64,000 nucleotides of DNA from Chiloscyllium plagiosum (Eukaryota): NCBI RefSeq assembly GCF_004010195.1, contig NC_057753.1, positions 13,381,979-13,445,978 on the forward strand. Reading direction: 5' to 3'. The translations under genes were made by a program, and so were the position numbers. Below the pieces are notes generated by a model. It ran no database searches. It was not told the DNA's origin and was given only the letters and a program-made list of their open reading frames with translations. Positions 11,250 through 23,058 of the stretch are shown one piece after another. How positions within the stretch are numbered: the first letter of the stretch is position 1; the number at the start of each line of letters is the position of its first letter.

Positions 11250-12800
11250 TGTGTATGCTGCAGAAGTTGCAGGATCAGTTCATTCCTAAAAGGAAGAAAG
11301 ATCACAGGAGGAGACATGGGCGGCCGTGGCTGACGAGGGAAGTAAAGAAACATATAAAGTTAAAAGAGAAAAAGTATAACATAGCTAAGATAAGTGGGAA
11401 AACTGAGGACTGGGAAGCTTTTAAAGAGCAACAGAGGATTACTAAGAAGGAACTTCGCAGCGGAAAAATGAGGTACGAAGGTAAACTGACCAAGAATATT
11501 AAGGAGGATAGTAAAAACTTTTTTAGGTATGTGAAAGGCAAAAAAATGGTTAGGACAAAAATTGGGCCCCTGAAGACAGAAACAGGGGAATATATTACAG
11601 GGAACAAAGAAATGGCAGAAGANNNNNNNNNNNNNNNNNNNNNNNNNNNNNNNNNNNNNNNNNNNNNNNNNNNNNNNNNNNNNNNNNNNNNNNNNNNNNN
11701 NNNNNNNNNNNNNNNNNNNNNNNNNNNNNNNNNNNNNNNNNNNNNNNNNNNNNNNNNNNNNNNNNNNNNNNNNNNNNNNNNNNNNNNNNNNNNNNNNNNN
11801 NNNNNNNNNNNNNNNNNNNNNNNNNNNNNNNNNNNNNNNNNNNNNNNNNNNNNNNNNNNNNNNNNNNNNNNNNNNNNNNNNNNNNNNNNNNNNNNNNNNN
11901 NNNNNNNNNNNNNNNNNNNNNNNNNNNNNNNNNNNNNNNNNNNNNNNNNNNNNNNNNNNNNNNNNNNNNNNNNNNNNNNNNNNNNNNNNNNNNNNNNNNN
12001 NNNNNNNNNNNNNNNNNNNNNNNNNNNNNNNNNNNNNNNNNNNNNNNNNNNNNNNNNNNNNNNNNNNNNNNNNNNNNNNNNNNNNNNNNNNNNNNNNNNN
12101 NNNNNNNNNNNNNNNNNNNNNNNNNNNNNNNNNNNNNNNNNNNNNNNNNNNNNNNNNNNNNNNNNNNNNNNNNNNNNNNNNNNNNNNNNNNNNNNNNNNN
12201 NNNNNNNNNNNNNNNNNNNNNNNNNNNNNNNNNNNNNNNNNNNNNNNNNNNNNNNNNNNNNNNNNNNNNNNNNNNNNNNNNNNNNNNNNNNNNNNNNNNN
12301 NNNNNNNNNNNNNNNNNNNNNNNNNNNNNNNNNNNNNNNNNNNNNNNNNNNNNNNNNNNNNNNNNNNNNNNNNNNNNNNNNNNNNNNNNNNNNNNNNNNN
12401 NNNNNNNNNNNNNNNNNNNNNNNNNNNNNNNNNNNNNNNNNNNNNNNNNNNNNNNNNNNNNNNNNNNNNNNNNNNNNNNNNCTGATGGGTGAGTGCCGAA
12501 CCAGAGGACACAGCTTAGAAATACGGGGTAGACCATTTAGGATAGAGATGAGGAAAAACATCTTCACCCAGAGAGTGGTGGCTGTGTGGAATGCTCTGCC
12601 CCACAGGGGGCTGGAGGGGCCCAGTGTCTGGATTCATTTAAGAAAGAGTTGGATAGAGCTCTCAAAGATAGTGGAATCAAGGGATATGGAGATAAGGCAG
12701 GAACAGGATATTGATTAGGAATGATCAGCCATGATCATATTAAATGGCGGTGCAGGCTCAAAGGGATGAATGGCCTACTCCTGCGCCTATTGTCTATTGT
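11250..12800 (+). mobile_element. Young CR1-type LINE (5'-truncated) spanning the assembly gap; unique to unit 1
   Basis: ORF2-like PWLTREVKKHIKLK..KNFFRYVKGKK..IGPLK and TRGHSLEIRG..FTQRVVAVWNALP; (tctattg)n tail; absent at the matching sites in units 3 and 4. Confidence 0.9.
11623..12481. other. Assembly gap (N run)
   Basis: Run of n. Confidence 1.
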
Positions 12801-12804
12801 TTAG

Positions 12805-13672
12805 TTAATATTTAATGCTGACTGAATTTAAGAGCAGGAAAGTTCTGCTCCAATTGTACAAGGTGTTGGTGAGGCCGAACCCAGAGTATTATGCGCAGTT
12901 CTGGTCTCTATACTTGAGGGAGGATTTAATGGCTTTGGAGGCGGTGCAGAGGAGGTTCGCCAGATTGATTGCTGGGAGGAGGGGGTCACCCTATGACGAG
13001 AGGTAAAACTGCCTGGGGCTGTACTCGGTAGAATTTGGAAGAACTAGAAGCGATCTTACCAAAACATATACATTTATGAAAGGGATACGTAAGATAGAGG
13101 GAGTTGTTTCAGCTGGTGGGTGAGACTAGGTCGAGGGGACGTGGTGTCAAGATTAGGGGGAGTAGATTTAGAACAGAGGTAAGGAAGAGCCATTTTTCCC
13201 GTGGGCGGCACGGTCGCACAGTGGTGAGCACTACTGTCTCACAGCGCCAGAGACCCGGGTTCAATTCCCGCCTCAGGCAACTGTGTGGAGTTTGCACATT
13301 CTTCCCGTGTCTGTGTGGTCTGGTTTACTCCTACAATCAGGTCAGGTGAATTGGCCATGCTAAGTTGCCCGTAGTGTTAGGTGCAGGGGAGTAGATTGTG
13401 CTTCGGTGTGGTGCTTGTTGGGCCGAAGGGCCTGTTTCCTCATTGTAAGTAATCTAATCTAATAGTGAATTTATGGAATTCGCTGCCCAAGGAAGCAGTA
13501 GAGGCGACTTCATTGAGTTTATTCAAGACGCATTTGAATGAGTTTTTGCATGTTCTGAAAAATAAGGGTTATGGGTCTAATGCAGGTCGGGGGAGCTGAG
13601 ACAATGGATATACCTTAATGAATGGTGGAGCGGGCTCGACGGGTCAAAGGGACCACTCCTGCTTCTATTACT
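12805..13672 (+). mobile_element. Older CR1 3' fragment, part of the cassette (also ~38975-39560, ~55195-55595)
   Basis: LYKVLVRPNPEYYAQFWSLYLRED..LEAVQRRFARLI motif. Confidence 0.8.
13203..13462 (+). mobile_element. tRNA-derived SINE nested in the CR1 fragment
   Basis: Similar to 7630-7945; (TAATC)n tail. Confidence 0.85.
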
Positions 13673-13912
13673 ATGTGGCATCGCGGCCACATTTCGAGAG
13701 CTCTTTGATCATCACAATCAACTGGCCACAGTGATATAAAAATAGCTTCATTGTAGAAAAGCGCACAAAGTGAATTGCAGAAAGAGATATTTTGGGACGA
13801 CTGATGGTTGTCGTTTCGTTTTCAATGTCTTATCAGTTGACAATCCAGTGACATATCAGAAATGTGGCTCAGGACGTAGGTAGGGAATGGAGGGTCATGT
13901 GTGTGTCTGGCT

Positions 13913-13951
13913 AGTTTTTGTACGGACTGACTGCAACTTTTTATCAGCGTG
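13913..13951 (-). other. 23-RSS of V-B1
   Basis: CACGCTG-23 bp-ACAAAAACT. Confidence 0.9.
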
Positions 13952-14386
13952 AGACTCAGCGCACAGTGATAGACGGCAGAGTCAGATACAAGAGCAGCAG
14001 CGATATTTAAAGGAACAAATTTCTTTTTTTTGTCCAGAGTAGAAGAGAACCTGTCAGAGAAAGCTGGAAAGGTATGTCCTTCTTCCTTGTTGAATCTTCT
14101 CAGTAAATATCTCAGAGCTTTCCCGGGACACTGGATGTACCAAAAGAGCACTGGAGCAGTGGACTGTGCTGAGTAATTACAGTTGAGTATTACAGTGTCT
14201 CCTTCCTGAACCGTTTTTTCAAGTGGATTCTGGGAAACTGAATCTTGGCCACTCGAATCTGCAACAAACACAATGAAGTTGTCAAGAAGTTGAAGGTCGA
14301 ACTGGTGAAGCGTATCTTGACGATTTTAAGACAGACTTACCTGTCACCACTGTCATTATTATCAATAAAGCGCATAAAAAGCACAT
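13952..14386 (-). CDS. TCR alpha/delta V segment, family B copy 1 (leader 14341-14386, V exon 13952-14258)
   Basis: Leader MCFLCALLIIMTVVT|gtaagt; QDSVSQNPLEKTVQEGDTVILNCNYS..LFWYIQCPG..SDSAVYHCALS; open. Confidence 0.93.
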
Positions 14387-14537
14387 GTTTCAGGTTCGAC
14401 AGTTAACAACGGACTTTTGAAATATTTTGACCTTCTGATCTTACACGAGGAACTGAATCCCGATCAGAAACAACCTTCATTTTCTGGATAAGTGAGATAT
14501 AGGTTCCCCTAATTCAATTGGTTGCTTTCTCTGTTGC

Positions 14538-14558
14538 TGACGTCAACAGTGGACCAAT
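14538..14558. promoter_or_regulatory. CRE + CCAAT upstream of V-B1
   Basis: TGACGTCA at 14538-14545; conserved at 40413-40420 and 56419-56426. Confidence 0.7.
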
Positions 14559-14925
14559 CACAGTTAATACAGGACCGAATACAGCTGACTCTCTCCAATC
14601 TCTTCCCTGGCTGTCTTGCTCAACCTGTTGCTATTTCCTATACTTTTAGCCACGATTGAATACAGTGGAGTGGCTACCTCCGCTCAATCTGTCCTGTGAG
14701 TGGGGTGGGACATACCCAGGGAGGGTGATCGTGTGTATCAGATATGATTCCATAATTATGAGTGTGTCAAGCTGTTGCTTGACCAGTCTCTAAGACAGCT
14801 CTCCAACTTTGGGACCACTTCCGCAGAGGTTCGTAAGGACAACTTTGCAGAGTCCACTTTACTCTTTCTGCACTTTTTTTTTCTATGCATGCCTTTGTTG
14901 AGACTTCAAAGAGATTGATAGACTT

Positions 14926-15250
14926 GGGTGGCACGGTGCCTTAATGGTTAGCACTGCTGCCTCGCAGCACCAGGGACCGGCGTTCAAGTCTAGCCTCGGG
15001 AGACTGTTTGTGCAGAGTATACACGTTCCTCCATGTTTATGTTGGTTTCTTCCGGGTGCTCCCGTTTCCTCCCACTATATAAATATGTGCATGTTAGGTG
15101 AATTGCCCACACTAAGATTATCCATATTGCTCAAGACTGCATCGGGGAGATGTAGAGTTACGGGGTTGAATCTGGGTGGGTAACATTTCGGAGGGTGGTG
15201 TGGACTTGTTGGGCCAAATGGCCTGTTTTCACACTGTAAGGATTGTATGA
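14926..15250 (+). mobile_element. Older tRNA-derived SINE (cassette-ancestral; also ~58074-58410, 3' remnant ~41185-41280)
   Basis: GGCACGGTG head and degenerate body matching the younger SINEs. Confidence 0.8.
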
Positions 15251-16091
15251 CATCTATGAATACAGGACCTTGCTAGTCCAGTGCTGTAGATCTATAGTCA
15301 CACATGGGCTAGACCAGGTGAGGACAGAGGTTTTCCCGGAAGTACATTAGTGAATGAAATCAATCAATTGACAATGTTGTCATGGCCATTATTAGATTCT
15401 TAATTCGAGATGTTTAATTTCATTCAATTCAAATTTCACCATCTACTTTGATAGGATTCGAATCCCGGTTCACTGAATATTAACTGACTCTCTGCAATAA
15501 TAATCTAACGATAATACTAATAGGTTATCCCTTCTCACTTTCGTAGACTTTCTCCAAAGCTTTCCCTTTCAAACATACTTCCCATTTCCTTTCGAAAGTT
15601 CCCATTTAAGTTGTTTTGATCATCATTTCAGGTAATGCATTCCACTTCAGTTTAATTCATTAGGAGGAATGAGGCATATCTCAAAGGTCAGTGCGTGGGA
15701 TGAACATATCACTACAAGTGGAAATTCTTGGACACAATGCAGGTCCTTCCTTATCTAGTATTCAAGCTATTACCATTATTAAGGAACAGATCCATTTCAC
15801 TTCCACTTCAACCTGCAATTTTACTGCAGATTTTACCTAATTTATTTCAAATGTGCTTTTGCCCATAAACCAGGACGGTAACACAAACAGGTTCAAAAGT
15901 TGGAGAATTATCAAGTGCCTATTTTCAAACTGGAAACTTAAACCTGCCACTTTACTTTCAGCCAGGAACAAATCACAAATACAGCCGTCTATGCATTTCA
16001 GATCTCCAGCATCCGCAGTTATCTTTCATGTTATGAATGTGATCACAGCCTTCTTGAGAAAGGAATTTTAAAGCATCAAGAAGTTTTGACA

Positions 16092-16258
16092 AACACTCAC
16101 AGCAGGGAGATACGATGCTCAACCTGTGTGCCTTCGTGGATTCAATTAATCACCTCGTGAACAGACATAAAGATGATGTTGTCAAGGACGAACCATGAAT
16201 GTGTGACGACTGTGGCAAGGAATTTAATTAGCCATCCTAGCTGGAAATCCATTGATGA
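16092..16258 (+). pseudogene. C2H2 zinc-finger gene relic
   Basis: Reads EP*MCDDCGKEFN*PS*LEIH*, a C-x2-C-GK-F-x5-L-x2-H finger. Confidence 0.7.
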
Positions 16259-17629
16259 GTGACATGGGGGATAAATTTCCCGAGTTCGTTGTGAACTTTT
16301 CTGAAGCAAAACGTTGCATTACCAACTTAAAATCAGCTTGCATTTGATTTATGATTGGTTAAAGAGAGAGTGCAATCAATAATTTTGTACCTGGTACAAG
16401 TGCATTTAACTTCTTATGTTCAGCAAAATAGCTATGAGTTGACTCTTATAGACAATAATATTCCTTTATTGGACACACTTAATATGAGAGCTACGAACTA
16501 ATAAAAAAAACACTACGAACTATCTTATGCTTTAATTTAACTTTGCATATTCATATACCACCACACTCGAACTTGGCCATGCTCCATGTGGTGACGTTTT
16601 ACTTTCCTTTCGATGGTCTTAAAGGTGTCTTCTCCTTCGTAGGTGATTCTCGAGTTACCTTCCTGAGTGGGGTTTTTCGAAGAGTATCTGCCAACAGATT
16701 GCTCAGGTTCGATTACCCTGAACGATCAGGCTCAACCAGGTCTTGGCACGTTGATGGCAGAGTGGCCGTTAGCCATCCAATAGGGAAGGTGCTTTTTGCA
16801 CGTAACCTACTCCAAATAGGGGTGCTAGGCACTCTCTGTCTCGCGAATGATTCACTACTCCCAATTATCCCGAGGGCGTCATTCCATTGTTCCACTCAAG
16901 TCCGAATTCAGGTGTGTATTGCAGGGTTTGCTGCTGTTAAGTTTATTTGCAAACCGTCTGTGGGTAGCTGCAGCTTGTCTGGATTCTGCAACATACGGAT
17001 GAGGACAGTCACTTTAGTCGAGGCTGAGTTCGATTTCCCAGCATGCTCTAATCATTGTTCATCTTTTCTAACTCCATATTAAGTGTACTAGTGTCATCGT
17101 ATGTTCATTATTTCAGATGATGCTTCCAGCCACAGTTACCTTGCTGTTCAGAAGTCCTGTTGAATAGACAACATAATGTTGTGCAATTTTTAATCAAGAT
17201 TTAAAGTGACATCATTCATTCTGGAAATAGAGCCTGAAATCTGAACAATGGAAATTGATTGTGATGGATTACCAATATACACAAAATGATTTGGAAGTGC
17301 ACAGGCAGTGCTGAGTGGTTGAAGAGATATTATATGATCTGTAATTATTATCTGTTCCTTGAAAACAGAAACATGTTGCAGGAAAAATAAATCAACCATG
17401 GCTAACGAAAGATTGAAGGTCCGAAGTTGTATGGTTTGCAAGACTGCTAGAAACAATGAGAAGCCAAATGATTGAAAGCAATTTAAAATTCAACAAAAGA
17501 TGACCAAAAGACCGATTAAAGGTGAAAAGAGAAGACGCATGGAATCTTGAGGAATTATTAATGTGGACTGCAGAAGTTGCTTACATAGATGAAATGCAGA
17601 AAAACACAAAAACATACTGGATTGATTCC

Positions 17630-17960
17630 TCGGCCATCAGCTCCAGCATTCACTGCCTTATCACTAATGCACAGTTGCAGAAGGGTGACCGCAATATGCA
17701 TTGCAGTAATTCGTCAAGTGACCAGCAACAGAACACTCTCATGCTCTCTACCACCTAGAAAGACAAAGACAGTAGATGCATGGGAACACTTCACTTTCAG
17801 GCCATACTCGGCCGTGACTTGGAGCGACATCACATTCTTTCATGATCTCTTGGTCAAGATCCTGGAACTCTCTTGCTAACAGCAATGTGGGTGCCCCAAC
17901 TCAGCAAGGCTTGCAGACATTCAAGAAGGCAGGTCACCACCACGTTCTCCCGGACAGTTA
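17630..17960 (+). mobile_element. Degenerate LINE 3' fragment (also ~43720-44010, ~61385-61660)
   Basis: ctaccacctagaaagacaa..gatcctggaactc..ttcaagaaggcaggtcaccaccac resembles a common shark LINE 3' end (recognised from memory). Confidence 0.55.
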
Positions 17961-18730
17961 GGTTTGGTCAATGCTGTTCTCCCTGGTTCTCTGTGCTGAA
18001 AGCGATACAATGCCACCCTCTGCTGGCGCTACCCACCACTGCACAGGCAGAGTGTAAACATCGTTGGGGGTTATGCCAGAGGAATGGCAGCAATGCGCTG
18101 CATTGTTCAAATGTACAACAGCATCTGCTCACACACTTAGTCAGTGTGGGGATGTCAGACCTGGTTAATGTGAACCATTGTGTGCCACTTCCAGCAAATG
18201 AATGTGCCTGGACCCGACAGATTAAGAAGCAGAAAGTCCTACAACCAGAAGTGTCAACACAGCGAACAATATGAATAGGAGATATTGAAATGTCAGCCCC
18301 GTTTTCCCTGTCACCCATAACATAACTCTTGTGTGGCTGGTTTCTCTGTATTCAAGGAATACAGGGTGATAGTTGTTCATGGCAGTAAGAGTTGCAACCA
18401 ATTGGGATATTTTTCATCAGTTCATAATTGTTAAAAGGAATCTGGAATATATTCATTTGTAATGAATACCAATGCATGTTAAGTACAGAGGCCCGGGCCA
18501 GTCTCTCTACTAATTTGGGACTAAAGGACAGGCAAATCTGGAATTTTGAGAACTTTGATAAATTCTTTTGCTTTTAGGATACCTCGAGGGACTGCAGGTC
18601 TTGTGGCCATCCAGGCATTCCAATCACCCAGCTGTTTTCAGAAATGTAAATACTTAAACTTCTTCTGTCATGGGAAATTTGGGTCTAGAACTATATTTGT
18701 ATCATTATCCCTGACGATTAAATTAGATTG

Positions 18731-18862
18731 TGTTGCTGGCTTCGAGATCAGAGCTGAAAACGAGTTGCTGGAAATTTTTCAGCTCTGATCTCCAGCATCT
18801 GCAGACCTCACTTTCTCCTCGAAAAAAAAGCCCGCAACGCATTTTCAGCTCTGATCTCCCTT
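18731..18862. mobile_element. Short rearranged Penelope-like insert unique to unit 1
   Basis: Inverted gagatcagagctgaaaa / ttttcagctctgatctc; flanking duplication attaaat(t/c)agatt; absent at ~44780. Confidence 0.65.
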
Positions 18863-19119
18863 AATTAAATCAGATTCCCGATTTCCTAAATGCACTAACT
18901 ACGCTTCAAAAAGTCGGTTTTTGAACGATGCGCCAGCGCCAAGATCGGATTATTCTGCTGCAAGAAAAGTACTTGGGTAGTGTCCATCGCTCACTTACAA
19001 TGGAGACATTCAGCATCAGTTGGGGACATTTCTCAAATAAAGACCACTGCCCTATGAGGCACGAAATTCCCAAATCTCACAGTGCTTTGACAGATAAGTT
19101 TTCCATCGTCTCCGACTTA

Positions 19120-20075
19120 GAGAGAGTTATAGAGTCCTACATCACGGAGACAGGGTCTCTTAATCAAATGATCCATGCTGTCTGTCAACGCTAACAGTAT
19201 TTCCCTGCACTTGGTCTATATCCTTCTAATCCTTTCCTATCCATGTACTTGTCGAAATCCCTTTTAAATGTTGCTAATGTAGCCGCCTCAACCACTTCCG
19301 CTGGCAGTTCATTCCACATGAGTACTACCCTCTGTGTTAAAAAAAGTTGCCTACAGGTTCCTTTTTATTCTTTCCCCTTCAACTGATGCCCCTCTCGTTC
19401 TTCATTCCCCAACTCTAGACAAATGATTGAGCGCATTCACACTACCCATGCCTCTAATGGTCTCATACACCTCGATAATATCCAACCCCGCCGCATCCAC
19501 ACTTCCCTCAATTTCCTACACTCTAACGATAAATGTCTAACCTCTCCTTCTATTTCAGAACATTGAATCCAGGCAACATGCTTGTACATTTCTTCTGCAC
19601 TCTTTATATTTAAATAAATACTTCGTATAGCAAGGGGACCAAATTGAGCACAGTACTCCAAGTGCATCCTTACTGAAGTTCTGTGTAATTGCAACATTAC
19701 TTCCCAATTTCTATACTCAATTCCCTGACTGATGAAGGCTAGTGTGCCAAAAACCTTTTTCACTGTCCTGTCTAACTGTGACTTTCAGACAACCGTGCAC
19801 CTGAACACTGAGGTCGGTCTTTTGCACTACACACCTTAAGGCCCACCTATTCATCATGAAACTCTTGTTTTGAGTTCACTTTCCAAAATGCAAGACCTCA
19901 CACTTGTCTATATCAAATTGTACGTGCCATTTCTGGTCCAGTTCCCCAGCTGATCAAAACCTGCTGCAATATCTGATAACCTTCCTGAATGCTCACGATA
20001 TCTCCGATTTTAGTGTCATCTGCAAACTTACTGTTCATGTCTTGTATATTGTCATCCAAATAATCAATATCGGAA
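19120..20075 (-). mobile_element. CR1 fragment, cassette-ancestral (also ~45040-45990, ~62775-63740, partial 29302-29560)
   Basis: Minus FGTLAFISQGIEYRNWEVMLQLHRTSVRMHLEYCAQF; SKFVDDTKIGGIVDSEEG in the unit 4 copy. Confidence 0.85.
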
Positions 20076-20419
20076 CATTGGATACCTGTTTAAAAATGGA
20101 TGCATTTAAACTATAACCCGTCGTTGTAGTACGTCATGAATATTAGAAAGTAGTCCCTGAAATGTTCCCAATCTGAGCCCTCTTAAAAAAAAGTGATGCT
20201 TTCTCAAATACATGTTGCTTGCTTTCGACAGCAGATAGTGGAATTATATGATCTTATTCAAAAGACAGCAACAGGCATAGAACTTTGACACTGTAATTTT
20301 TTCAACATCAAGCCAGAAATAATTTCCATTGCACGTAGAGATGGACACATACATTCACACGCATGTGCGTGCACACACAAAGAAAAACACACAGACGCAC
20401 ATCTAAACACACACATAAA

Positions 20420-20895
20420 ATCTGCGAAACCAATCTGAAGCCCATCTAACCTACCCTATTCCGGTCTCGTCCATATGCCTATCCAATGACCGTTTAAATG
20501 CACTTAAAGTTGGAAAATCTACTCCTGTTAAGGAAGTGCATTCCACGCCTCTTCCACTCTCTGAGTAAAGTAACTACTTCTGATATCTGTCCTATATCTA
20601 TCACTCCTCATTTTAAAGCCTTGTTCCATCGTGCACGCCATCACCATCCGAGGAAAAAACACTCTCCCTGTCCACCTTATCCAACCCTCTGATTATCTTC
20701 TATGTCTGAATTAAGTCACCTCTCAACCTTCTTCTTTCTAACGAAAACAACTTCAAGTCGCTCAACCATGCTTAGTCATCCCTTCCCTCCAAACATGCAA
20801 CATCCCCGTAAATCTCATCTGAACCCTTTCCAAAGTTTCCACATCCTTCCTATAATACAGTGACCAGAACTGTACACAATGTTCCAAGTGCAGCG
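20420..20895 (-). mobile_element. CR1 3' fragment (also ~30085-30625, ~46558-47095)
   Basis: Paralog translates TTGHGFKLR..RGNFFTKRVGGAWNALP. Confidence 0.8.
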
Positions 20896-21048
20896 TCATT
20901 CAGATTCAATTTCTGAAGGGCCAGTATAATGAATGCGCAGCATCTTCCAATAGAAGGAGGTTACAAAGATGCTTGCATGGTTTTGTGTAGGCCCCGTCAG
21001 AGAGAGGTGGGTGAGAGGTGGGTGACGGTGCGCGCGTGTGTGTGTGTG

Positions 21049-21272
21049 ATTAGATTAGATTAGATTACTTACAGTGTGGAAACAGGCCCTTCGGCCCAAC
21101 AAGTCCACAGACCTGCACATCTTTGGACTGTGGGAGGAAACCGGAGCACCCGGAGGAAACCCACACAGACACGGGGAGAATGTGCAAACTCCACACAGTC
21201 AGTCGCCTGAGGCGGGTATTGAACCCGGGTCTCTGGTGCTGTGAGGCAGCAGTGCTAACCACTGTGCCACCG
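21049..21272 (-). mobile_element. tRNA-derived SINE, internally deleted, inserted in a (TG)n tract
   Basis: Reverse complement of the 7630 SINE; (GATTA)n tail. Confidence 0.88.
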
Positions 21273-21966
21273 TGCGCGTGTGTGTATATGCACGTGTCTG
21301 TGTATGCACGTGAGAGAGAGGTTGATTTCAGACAGATCGCCCTTGAAGGCCATAACATAATTAGTTACCAATCTTGATCTTCCTGTTAGTATCGCGCAGA
21401 GAATGGCAATACATGTTCACATTGCATCACGGTGAGGTGACACGCCGCTTCAAATCACACACCAAAATTTTAGGATTAATATTGAGATTCTTGTTTCAAG
21501 AAGGCTGATGAAAGTGTGGAAAACACTGTCCGTTGCAATGCTTGAAGAAAATAAAATGAAACTATTGGCTGCTGCATCTGAAATAAAATGTGCTGAGTAA
21601 ATCAGGCTACCATTTTTTTTTGGGGGGGGGGGGAGAGGGAGAAGGATATTTTTATTTTTGTTGACTGCGATACGTGTGAACTCAATTGTGGTGAGAAAAT
21701 TTCCGTCACAATTTCCGGACATAACCACTAGGGGGCAGGGTGAATCAGTGACGTATTGAATGTGAGGACGGAGTGACATTACACAGAGTGTGTGCAGCTG
21801 TTAGTGTGAAAGACTTGGTACCAAAAGATAAACTCCAAGACACAAAATATTCCACAATTTCGAAAGAAGGCTACATTGTGTTCGACATGAAAAGCGGATT
21901 TTTCTAGTTATCAATTTCTTTTTCTCAAGAAAATTCTGTGGACCTTACGTTTCATGTAACTTGATA

Positions 21967-22295
21967 ATGTTTCAAATTTACCAAGTTATTTTCTTGCTTT
22001 CCTCTCTAATCTACATGGTAGAAACTGGAGAAGATGAAGTAAGGCAACTGGTTCAGAAAACAGTTAAGGAGGCAGAAAACGCTTCCATGGAGTGCTCCAA
22101 AACAACATTGGACACAGTGCGTTGGTACAGACAGTTCCCAAACCAGCCACCCCAGTATCTGGTGATGGCCAAAAGAGAAGCTGATCAACATGAAAGAATC
22201 TCTGCTTCAGTCAGTACAGACAACAAACACAGTGTTCTAAGTGTGAGAGACGCCAGGCTTAATGACACCGCCATCTATCTCTGTGCCAATGGGGG
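21967..22295 (+). CDS. TCR alpha-type V segment, family C copy 1 (leader and V in one ORF)
   Basis: MFQIYQVIFLLSSLIYMVETGEDEVRQ..ASMECS..WYRQFPNQPPQYLV..DTAIYLCANG, then a consensus RSS. Confidence 0.92.
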
Positions 22296-22334
22296 CACAG
22301 TGTTATAAACAGAGGGCGAGTCTGAACAAAAACC
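22296..22334 (+). other. 23-RSS of V-C1
   Basis: CACAGTG-23 bp-ACAAAAACC (perfect consensus). Confidence 0.97.
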
Positions 22335-22517
22335 TATACCGAGTGGGAGTGCCGCCGTTCTGAGCATTAATGTTATTATTTCTTGGCTCTATAATTCGAT
22401 GTTAAGGGGAACGTGATCACGAGAAAAAAAAAATAATATGGCCGAGCAAAATGCAAAGAGTGCAAGAAGTGAAGAGAATTGGAAATCTGGGCAGAGACAA
22501 AGCAAGCATATACTTAT

Positions 22518-22654
22518 ATGAAGTAAGGCAACTGGTTCGGAAAACAGTTAAGGAGGCAGAAAACGCTTCCATGGAGTGCTCCAAAACAACATTGGGCACA
22601 GTGCTTTGGTACAGACAGTTCCCAAACCAGCCACCCCAGTATCTGGTGATGGTC
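22518..22654 (+). pseudogene. Partial copy (FR1-FR2) of V-C1 fused to a SINE
   Basis: Near-identical to 22034-22170; no leader or RSS. Confidence 0.9.
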
Positions 22655-23058
22655 AGACCCGGGTTCAATTCCCGCCTCAGGCGACTGACTGTGTGGAGTT
22701 TGCACGTTCTCCCCGTGTCTGCGTGGGTTTCCTCCGGGTGCTCCGGTTTCCTCCCACAGTCCAAAGATGAGCAGGTGAGATGAATTGGCCATGCTAAATT
22801 TCCCGTAGTGTTAGGTAAGGGGTAAATGTAGGGGTATGGGTGGGTTGCGCTTCGGCGGGTCGGTGTGGACTTGTTGATAAAAACAATGACTGCAGATGCT
22901 GGAAACCAGATTCTGGATCAGTGGTGCTGGAAGAGCACAGCAATTCAGGCAGCATCCGAGGACAGGCAAAATCGACGTTTCGGGCAAAAGCCCTTCATCA
23001 GGACTTGTTGGGCCGAAGGGCCTGTTTCCACACTGTAATGTAATCTAATCTAATCTAA
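22655..23058 (+). mobile_element. 5'-truncated SINE with nested Penelope-like fragment (22877-23000)
   Basis: SINE body and (TAATC)n tail; nested insert flanked by TSD GGACTTGTTG (22867-22876, 23001-23010). Confidence 0.88.

Noticed and set aside
11186-12718. Long ORFs of 313-510 aa in the ORF track
   Set aside because: Artefacts of translating through the N gap; the flanks are CR1 ORF2.
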